A DNA stretch of 34,326 nucleotides. Source: Spirochaetales bacterium (GTDB lineage: Bacteria > Spirochaetota > Spirochaetia > ARS1246). Position 1 is the stretch's first letter. Each line of letters starts with the position of its first letter. The position numbers and the translations under genes were made by a program. The stretch spans positions 1 to 34,326 of the forward strand of contig JAFGHN010000130.1 of the NCBI GenBank assembly GCA_016930115.1, in the 5' to 3' direction. Shown here one piece after another: positions 28,373 to 34,326 of this stretch. The notes under the pieces are model-generated. The model was not told the origin of the DNA. It saw only the letters and a list, made by a program, of their open reading frames with translations, and did no database searches.

Positions 28373-29251
28373 ATGCTTTTCATGAAGATACTCTGGGCTT
28401 TCCTCTCGGTTGGGCTGCTTGGCGCGATATTCGGGATAGGATTGTACGTCGCTTCGCGCTTTTTCGCCGTCAAGAAAGACGAGAGGATACAACAGGTAGT
28501 GGAGGCACTTCCGGGCCTGAATTGCGGCGCCTGTGGTTTTGCCGGATGCGAAAGCTATGCCGAGGCGATTGTCACCGCGGAAGATGTCGCTCTCGATCTC
28601 TGCAAACCGGGCGGTGCGGACACTGCAATGAAGCTCGGGAGTATTATGGGCAAGGAAGTGGAGTTTTCGGCGGAGAAGTTGGTGGCACAGGTGCATTGCC
28701 GGGGAGGCAAAGAAACCGCCGAGTACAAGTTCGATTACGAAGGGATAGAGGATTGTAACGCAGCCATGCTGCTCTACGGCGGCGCAAAGAAGTGTCCCTT
28801 TGGTTGTCTCGGCCTTGGCAGCTGCATCAAGGTCTGTCCGGTAGACGCTATTGATTATGATGAGGACGGCCTTGTTTGGGTCGACAGGGATCTCTGCATC
28901 TCCTGCGGCAAGTGCGTTGATATCTGCCCGACGGGCGTGATGAAGATGATACCCTACGGGGCTGATGTTATCGTTGCATGTAACTCTACGGATAAGGGCG
29001 GCGTAGTCAGAAAGTACTGTAAAGTCGGTTGTATCGGATGCGCGAAGTGCACACGCTCATCACCGGATGGTGGCTTTGTCATTGAAAATTTCCTGGCGCA
29101 CATTGATTATTCAAAAAAAGGGGAAAGAAGTGCCGCTCTCGCGGATTGCCCCACCAAGTGCATCATCCGCACGGTGAAAGAGGTGAAAATCGAGGAATCT
29201 GCGCACCCGCTTGAAGCAGTGGCGGCGCAGGATTCCCATGACGCCGATTAA
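28373..29251 (+). CDS. rnfB: Rnf electron transport complex subunit B (polyferredoxin-type)
   Basis: It has an N-terminal TM anchor and the LPGLNCGACGFAGCESYAEAIV cluster motif. Several Cys-rich ferredoxin-type motifs follow: CPFGCLGLGSCIKVCP, CISCGKCVDICP and CIGCAKC. Confidence 0.93.
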   Translation: MLFMKILWAFLSVGLLGAIFGIGLYVASRFFAVKKDERIQQVVEALPGLNCGACGFAGCESYAEAIVTAEDVALDLCKPGGADTAMKLGSIMGKEVEFSAEKLVAQVHCRGGKETAEYKFDYEGIEDCNAAMLLYGGAKKCPFGCLGLGSCIKVCPVDAIDYDEDGLVWVDRDLCISCGKCVDICPTGVMKMIPYGADVIVACNSTDKGGVVRKYCKVGCIGCAKCTRSSPDGGFVIENFLAHIDYSKKGERSAALADCPTKCIIRTVKEVKIEESAHPLEAVAAQDSHDAD

Positions 29252-31262
29252 CCTTGTTTTCGGCACGAACAATGGAATAGCGGCGGGTACCCCTGAAGCG
29301 CAAATAGAGAAGCTGTACCAGACGGCCTTCAAACCGTTTCTCGCAACACTGTATGAATTCCCGGGAGTGGCGCTCACGTTGCATTACTCCGGGGTTCTGC
29401 TTGAATGGTTGGAGGAACGCCATCCGGAGTTCATCATGCTCATCAATGAGATGGCGAGAAGGGGACAGATCGAGCTTCTCGGCGGCACTTACTACCAGAC
29501 GGTACTGCCTCTTATCCCTTCGAATGACCGGACCGCCCAGGTTGAGTTGCTCACCACTCTTTTGAGACGGCGTTTCGGAAAGCGGCCCCGGGGTGCGTGG
29601 GTCACGGAGTTGGTGTGGGAGCCTTCCATGCCCTCGAGTTTGAAACGGTGCGGCATGGATTATGTCTTTCTTTCGGACCGGCATTTTGTTGAGGCCGGTT
29701 TGAGAAATGCCGAGCTGTACAGGCCGGTGCTTACCGAGGACCAGGGTAAGACCCTTTTTGTTTTTCCGGTATCGGAGGAAATGAAGCTCTTTCCGTATAC
29801 TGCGGATCCAAAACGGACCGCGCGACGCGTCGCGGCTCTTGCGCGGGCGCGGGAGGAACGTGTTGTCAGTTTGATGGCCGAAGGTGAATACTTTGGCCAT
29901 TGGAACGATACGTATTCGAGGCTCTATGAAGACGGCTGGCTCGCCGGCTTCCTCGAGGAAATCAGCAACCTGAAAGAGACCGTCCATAGCGCCCACCCAA
30001 GCGAATATCTGTCGCCGGACAAGGAATACTGCAGGTGCTACTTCCCGTGCACGTCCTACGAGGAAATGATGCGCTGGTCTCTTCCCGCCGAACTTGGCAG
30101 AGAGTTGGAAAAACTGATATCCGGCCGGATCAGCCAGCGAAACCGGGCGTATCTGAAGGGGGGATACTTCAGACAGTTCTTGAGCAAGTACCCTGAAACA
30201 AATCTGATGTATTCAAAGCTGATACGCACCTACGATCTGGTCAATCAAGTACGGGGAGACAAATACAGGAAAAAAGCGGCCAGAGAGGAGCTCTGGAAGG
30301 GAGAAGACCATTCGGCGTACTGGCATGGGAGACGGGGAGGCGTATATGTGAGCCCCATCAGAAAGGCGGTCTACTCAGCGCTTATCGCCGCCGAAAAAAC
30401 CGCGAGAGAACGGGGTATTTTCAGGTCGCACATCAGTGTAGCGGATTTTGATCTGGACGGGATGAACGAGTATCTCTGCAACGGGTCGGAGTTGAATCTG
30501 TACATCCACAGGAAAGGGGGTATGGTATTCGAGCTCGATTATCTTGCCGAGCCGTGGAACTATCTCGATACTTTCAGCCGTCGCGCTGAACATTATCAGC
30601 AGCGGACCGAACGCTCCCATATTATCGACAAGTATCCGCGCAGGGCTTTCCTTGACCATTTTTTCGCGCCGGGTGAAAAGATCGCCGCGCTGGAAAAGCT
30701 GGCTTACGACGAATTGGGGAATTTTTTGACGCTGCCCTATCAGGTCAGGGATTGCCGCAAAGATAGCCTTGATTTGGTGTTTTTCGCAGACGGAATGGTG
30801 GCCACGGAAACCGGGCAGCACCCGGTCACCATAGAAAAGCGGTACAGGATGAATAAGACCACGGTCACCGTGGATTACTCAATTGCGAACAACGGCACCA
30901 CCTCACTCGCGGCGCGCTTCTCACCTGAAATCAACCTGTCCTTTACCGGTGCCGAAGACGAACACCTGGGCCTTTTGGTAAGGAGGGGCAAAGAGGCCAA
31001 GGCAGTCGCCTCGAGAAGGCTTAACGAAAACGCCGTAGACGGGTTCACCGCGATTGACAAGAAAAATGATGTGATTATTGACGGAAGCTGGAACGTCGAG
31101 TGCGATCTTTGTGTTTTTCCGGTGGAAGCCGAATGGCTCGATCAGGAAGGTCTTCATTTCGAGTATCAGAGTACCTGTTTCTTTCCGGTCTGGAAGCTGT
31201 CACTACAGCCGGGTGAGGTATGGAGAGTCACAATTCGGTTGTCTTTTTCAAAGACTAATTGA
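29238..31262 (+). CDS. Glycoside hydrolase family 57 protein, 4-alpha-glucanotransferase/alpha-amylase-like
   Basis: The ATG at 29238 overlaps the rnfB 3' end by 14 nt. The protein is 674 aa. GH57 conserved regions are recognisable: GQIELL, WVTELVWEP, AEGEYFGHW and SAYWHG. C-terminal DUF1925/1926-like beta domains follow. Confidence 0.85.
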   Translation: MTPINLVFGTNNGIAAGTPEAQIEKLYQTAFKPFLATLYEFPGVALTLHYSGVLLEWLEERHPEFIMLINEMARRGQIELLGGTYYQTVLPLIPSNDRTAQVELLTTLLRRRFGKRPRGAWVTELVWEPSMPSSLKRCGMDYVFLSDRHFVEAGLRNAELYRPVLTEDQGKTLFVFPVSEEMKLFPYTADPKRTARRVAALARAREERVVSLMAEGEYFGHWNDTYSRLYEDGWLAGFLEEISNLKETVHSAHPSEYLSPDKEYCRCYFPCTSYEEMMRWSLPAELGRELEKLISGRISQRNRAYLKGGYFRQFLSKYPETNLMYSKLIRTYDLVNQVRGDKYRKKAAREELWKGEDHSAYWHGRRGGVYVSPIRKAVYSALIAAEKTARERGIFRSHISVADFDLDGMNEYLCNGSELNLYIHRKGGMVFELDYLAEPWNYLDTFSRRAEHYQQRTERSHIIDKYPRRAFLDHFFAPGEKIAALEKLAYDELGNFLTLPYQVRDCRKDSLDLVFFADGMVATETGQHPVTIEKRYRMNKTTVTVDYSIANNGTTSLAARFSPEINLSFTGAEDEHLGLLVRRGKEAKAVASRRLNENAVDGFTAIDKKNDVIIDGSWNVECDLCVFPVEAEWLDQEGLHFEYQSTCFFPVWKLSLQPGEVWRVTIRLSFSKTN

Positions 31263-31277
31263 GCTGACCGGTTTCAA

Positions 31278-32480
31278 TCAACCGGCAGCGAGAAGTGAAA
31301 TAATGTCGTTGAGCCAGGGCTGAACCTGCGTGTAGTATGCCTCCTCGGCAAAGACAAATTCCATAAAGGCTTCTTGATACCTCTTGAGATAGTACAGAGA
31401 TTGTCCCTTATAGAAATGCGCGCGCTGTTTCTCACCGACGGTGCGTCGTGTCTGCATGTATGAGTCGATGGCGTTCAGGGCATCTTCCCAACGATTTTCT
31501 TCAAAGGAACCCTTGAGCAGATTTTCGAGCTCACCCCCGTCTTTCGGTGCAAGCCAGGCAGGCTTTTTTGTACCGTGCTCGGGCTGTTTCTTTCCGTCGA
31601 GGAGCCGCGCCAGCGCCGCGTTGGTCTCTTCCGAAAGTGTGGTCTTTTGCGGCGTTGTTTCGTAGGGCGTGGCCTTCAACGCCTCGCCCGAATCAACGGT
31701 TGCGGTCAGCATGAGGTACGGAAGGGGGCGGATTCGAATTTTCGGCTCAACCGCTACTTCGGGAATCGCGGCCAGGGGAATCTGAACGGACGCGGCGAGC
31801 ACATTCTCGCCGGGACGGAACACCGCGGCGCCTGTTCTGAGCGCCTGGTCGTAGAACACACCGTAGTAGTAGGAGATTCCGGCCATCGGTTTGTCAACGA
31901 AAGGAACACCGGTATAACTCTGCGTGTCTACAAGCACCGCTTCAACGAGATCATCGGCCGAACCAATCGGCCCGGTACTTCTGTAGATGATAAGGTCCTC
32001 TCCGGGAGTCGCTGCGAAATTGACGGTCACCGAATCACCGACCACAAGAGCGGCAATTCCGGATACGGGAGAAACGGTTTTCTCCGGCTCTTCTCTCTGC
32101 GTATAACGTATACCCCGGGTCGTCTTGTTGCGGTACGGTACAAAAAAGATGTAGGGCTCCCCTGCGTCGTTCGAGGCCAGCACGGCATAGTAGTGCGGTC
32201 CCTCGGTTTCGGGTGTGTCTACGTATTCTTGCGCGCCCGCTTCCACGGTCGCCACAAGTCGCGCGCTCACAAAGTTCGATTCGTCGATCTCCTCATTTGC
32301 AGAATAGACGAGGTACTCCCCCCCGGCTTCAGAGGAATCCTGCCAGGAAAGGAGCACACCGTTTTCCACCGTCACCGCGGTGAGCCTGGAAACAAACGGC
32401 GGAAGCTGTGAATCTTGCGCCGTGAGAGCAGGTACCGCGAGAAGACCGAGCACAGCGAGAAACGCGTGTTTAAACGTCAT
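31278..32480 (-). CDS. Secreted hypothetical protein with beta-rich N-terminal domains and a TPR-like C-terminus
   Basis: I chose the ATG at 32480 with AAGGA upstream. The signal peptide is MTFKHAFLAVLGLLAVPALTAQ. The C-terminal part is helical and TPR-like (HFYKGQSLYYLKRYQEAFMEF). The overlapping plus-strand ORF at 31575-32411 is Arg/Gly-rich antisense noise. Confidence 0.7.
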   Translation of the reverse strand: MTFKHAFLAVLGLLAVPALTAQDSQLPPFVSRLTAVTVENGVLLSWQDSSEAGGEYLVYSANEEIDESNFVSARLVATVEAGAQEYVDTPETEGPHYYAVLASNDAGEPYIFFVPYRNKTTRGIRYTQREEPEKTVSPVSGIAALVVGDSVTVNFAATPGEDLIIYRSTGPIGSADDLVEAVLVDTQSYTGVPFVDKPMAGISYYYGVFYDQALRTGAAVFRPGENVLAASVQIPLAAIPEVAVEPKIRIRPLPYLMLTATVDSGEALKATPYETTPQKTTLSEETNAALARLLDGKKQPEHGTKKPAWLAPKDGGELENLLKGSFEENRWEDALNAIDSYMQTRRTVGEKQRAHFYKGQSLYYLKRYQEAFMEFVFAEEAYYTQVQPWLNDIISLLAAG

Positions 32481-32576
32481 ATTCCGAATCCTTTTGATCA
32501 AAATACTCTCTCTCAATAGTCGGCGTATTGCTCCAAAAAGTCCAGCGGTTGCCGGTGAGCCTCCGCGATAGCTGAT

Positions 32577-32605
32577 TTGACACGCCGGGTTGATATTCTT
32601 ACACT
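32577..32605 (+). promoter_or_regulatory. Sigma70-type promoter candidate upstream of the small ORF and prfB
   Basis: TTGACA (32577-32582), exactly 17 nt, then TACACT (32600-32605). The -10 element ends 6 nt before the GTG at 32612. That implies either a leaderless small ORF or a ~290 nt prfB leader. Confidence 0.35.
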
Positions 32606-32611
32606 GTAGCG

Positions 32612-32884
32612 GTGTTTGTCGCCGTCGCGGTTGAGTTTGCTGCTGAAGATCACAGGACCGATGTTTACGGTCTTCTCAAGCAGTACGGTTTTTCCCAAGT
32701 GGTAAACGACGTTTTCGAGTCTGTCTCTTTCAGACCCGAGTTGCTTCCGCGGTTGAAGCGTGATATTGATAGACGAACGGACTTCTACGACAAAGTGAGG
32801 ATGTATCAGTATCCGCTCGAAGGGGTTCTTGTGGTGACATCTCTGTCGGACAAGAAATGGCGAAAAACGATCATGCGTTCGTGA
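32612..32884 (+). CDS. Hypothetical small protein, possibly a Cas2/VapD-like ferredoxin fold
   Basis: 90 aa ORF with a GTG start, ending 19 nt before the prfB ATG. By eye the sequence fits a beta-alpha-beta-beta-alpha-beta layout: FVAVAVEF, then TDVYGLLKQYGF, then QVVNDVFES, then DKVRMYQYPL. It competes with a 61 aa minus-strand ORF at 32513-32698. Confidence 0.4.
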   Translation: MFVAVAVEFAAEDHRTDVYGLLKQYGFSQVVNDVFESVSFRPELLPRLKRDIDRRTDFYDKVRMYQYPLEGVLVVTSLSDKKWRKTIMRS

Positions 32885-32903
32885 TACGTCTTGAAAGGAG
32901 AAT

Positions 32904-34005
32904 ATGATGCTGGCTGAACTCTTGCCCGCTTTTGAAGAGTTGAAAGAGGATTTTGACGAAACCTGGAGGCATCTTTGACGCGGATGCTTTGAAGAGAGAT
33001 ATCGACGAGCTGGAAACGATAACTGTTCAGCGGGACTTCTGGAACGACCGTGAGCGGGCGGAGGATGTACTCACGCGCCTGAAGCGGCTGCGAAACAAGT
33101 ACGAGCCTTGGGTAGAGTTGCATGAAGACCTTCGTGAGATTGAAGAGCTGTTCCACCTTGTCGAAGAAGAAGGCGATGAAAGCCTCGAAAGCGAGCTTTC
33201 GACCCAGCTCGAGGATATCCGCAATCGCCATGACCGTCTCAAGCTGGTAGAGCTTTTGGGCGAAAAATACGATGAAAATGATGCCTTCCTCACGATACAC
33301 TCCGGGGCCGGCGGCACTGAAGCGTGCGATTGGGTGAGCATGCTCCTTCGTATGTATTCCCGCTGGGCAGAGCGCAGCGAGTACAAAACCGAGATGCTCG
33401 ACATGGTGGAGGCTGAGGGGGGAATAAAATCGGTCACTCTTCAATTCTCCGGGCAGTATGCTTACGGCTATCTTCACGGAGAGACCGGGATACACCGGCT
33501 CGTCCGTATTTCTCCCTTTGATTCCAGCGCCAGGCGGCATACCTCCTTCGCGTCGGTATACGCCTCACCGGTGATTGAAGACGATATCGAGGTCGACATA
33601 AGACCGGAAGATATCCGCATCGACACGTATCGGTCACAAGGTGCGGGAGGGCAACACGTAAATAAAACCGACAGCGCGGTACGGATCACCCACCTCGCAA
33701 CCGGGATAGTGGTGCAGTGTCAGAATGAGCGGAGCCAGTACAAGAACAAGTCAACGGCCATGAAAGTGCTCAAATCAAGGCTGTACGAATATTATCGCGA
33801 CGAGCGTGATACCGAACGGCAAAAACATGCCGACGAGAAAAAAGGAATTTCCTGGGGGAATCAGATCCGTTCCTACGTGTTTCACCCATATAGTATGGTA
33901 AAGGATCACCGGACAAAGCACGAAACCGGCAACGTACAGGCTGTGATGGACGGTGATATCGACGGATTCATAGAAGCATATTTGAAATTCAAGTGGTCGG
34001 GATAG
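32904..34005 (+). CDS. prfB: Peptide chain release factor 2, made by a programmed +1 frameshift: join(32904..32975,32977..34005)
   Basis: Frame 0 reads ATG 32904 MMLAELLPAFEELKEDFDETWRHL and then an in-frame TGA. After a +1 shift at CTT TGA C, reading continues as DADALKRDIDELE... The SPF tripeptide (RISPFDS) and GGQ (GAGGQHVNKT) are present. AAGGAG lies upstream of the ATG. The total is 366 aa. Confidence 0.93.
32965..32979 (+). promoter_or_regulatory. prfB autoregulatory +1 frameshift site
   Basis: An internal Shine-Dalgarno-like GGAGG (32965-32969) is followed by 3 nt and then CTT TGA C (32973-32979). This is the same architecture as the E. coli prfB recoding site. Confidence 0.9.
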
Positions 34006-34326
34006 TGAAACCGATACGGGTTCTTGTTGTTGACGATCTATCGTTCATGCGTGAGGCAATCACCGGTATTCTGGAAAGCGCAGGCATCGTTGTTGCAGGG
34101 GAAGCGCCAAACGGTGCCGAGGGTATCGAGGCGTATCTGAAATTGCGACCCGATGTTGTGCTGATGGACATCACCATGCCCGTGATGGACGGTCTTCGCG
34201 CGCTCGCCGGTATCAAAAGAAGAGACCCGCTGGCAAGCGTCGTGATGTGCTCGGCCCTCGGACAACAGCGGTACGTCATCCGGGCGATTCAGCTGGGAGC
34301 CCGTGATTTTGTGGTGAAACCCTTCC
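34005..34326 (+). CDS. CheY-like response regulator receiver domain, 3'-truncated by the window edge
   Basis: It is not in the ORF track because the frame runs off the window without a stop. My own translation from GTG 34005, which overlaps the prfB TAG by 1 nt, is VKPIRVLVVDDLSFMREAITGILESAGIVVAGEAPNGAEGIEAYLKLRPDVVLMDITMPVMDGLRALAGIKRRDPLASVVMCSALGQQRYVIRAIQLGARDFVVKPF. It carries the DD, D (LMDITMP), S/T (CSA) and K (VKPF) receiver residues. Confidence 0.85.
   Translation, partial: MKPIRVLVVDDLSFMREAITGILESAGIVVAGEAPNGAEGIEAYLKLRPDVVLMDITMPVMDGLRALAGIKRRDPLASVVMCSALGQQRYVIRAIQLGARDFVVKPF

Noticed and set aside
32513-32698. A 61 aa minus-strand ORF just upstream of the secreted-protein gene.
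   Set aside because: It has no recognisable motif. It overlaps the plus-strand promoter-like element and the plus-strand 90 aa ORF, which has more protein-like periodicity. I could not exclude it, so confidence in the plus-strand ORF is kept low.
1-34326. I looked for CRISPR arrays, tandem or long direct repeats, IS or transposase/integrase genes, tRNA/rRNA genes, and T-box or riboswitch leaders upstream of ileS and hisS.
   Set aside because: Every intergenic gap is 181 nt or shorter. By eye none shows cloverleaf-like, spaced-repeat or T-box specifier features. ileS is abutted by cmk, and hisS has only a short leader with an SD. No recombinase-like ORF was seen. A computational repeat and covariance-model scan (tRNAscan-SE, Infernal/Rfam, a CRISPR finder) would be needed to be definitive.

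Overview
This window looks like ordinary chromosomal core genome, moderately GC-rich and tightly packed. I call about 30 protein-coding genes and found no rRNA, tRNA, CRISPR array, transposase, integrase or long repeat. The gene content suggests a Spirochaetota organism (Treponema/Spirochaeta-like): type-2 IleRS, archaeal-type Cmk, rnfCDGEAB, a GH57 enzyme, an SLBB exporter and Sec/lipoprotein signals ending in AQ or C. That taxonomic guess is inference only.

Gene order:
- A 5'-truncated PatB/MalY-type C-S lyase.
- A long co-directional array: murC, yicC-family, cmk, ileS, a lipoprotein gene, hisH, hisF and an FmdB zinc-ribbon gene.
- On the minus strand, a nifS-like cysteine desulfurase and thiI, with a divergent ArsR-family regulator.
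- An orphan SLBB/Wza-like exporter, aroB, an HrpA-like DEAH helicase, hisS and pcnB.
- A TPR protein and a P-loop/Asp23 fusion protein.
- An unknown polytopic membrane protein whose stop overlaps the start of a complete rnfCDGEAB operon, followed by a GH57 4-alpha-glucanotransferase-like gene that overlaps rnfB.
- A secreted repeat protein, a small Cas2/VapD-like ORF, prfB with its classical +1 programmed frameshift, and a 3'-truncated CheY-like receiver.

I see no convincing self-contained novel system such as a defence island. The items most worth follow-up are:
- the uncharacterised membrane protein coupled to rnfC;
- the P-loop-Asp23 fusion divergent from it;
- the orphan Cas2/VapD-like ORF upstream of prfB;
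- a GH57 protein with substituted catalytic-motif residues;
- a Cmk whose Walker A lysine is replaced.

All functional calls come from motif recognition by eye, since no database search was possible.
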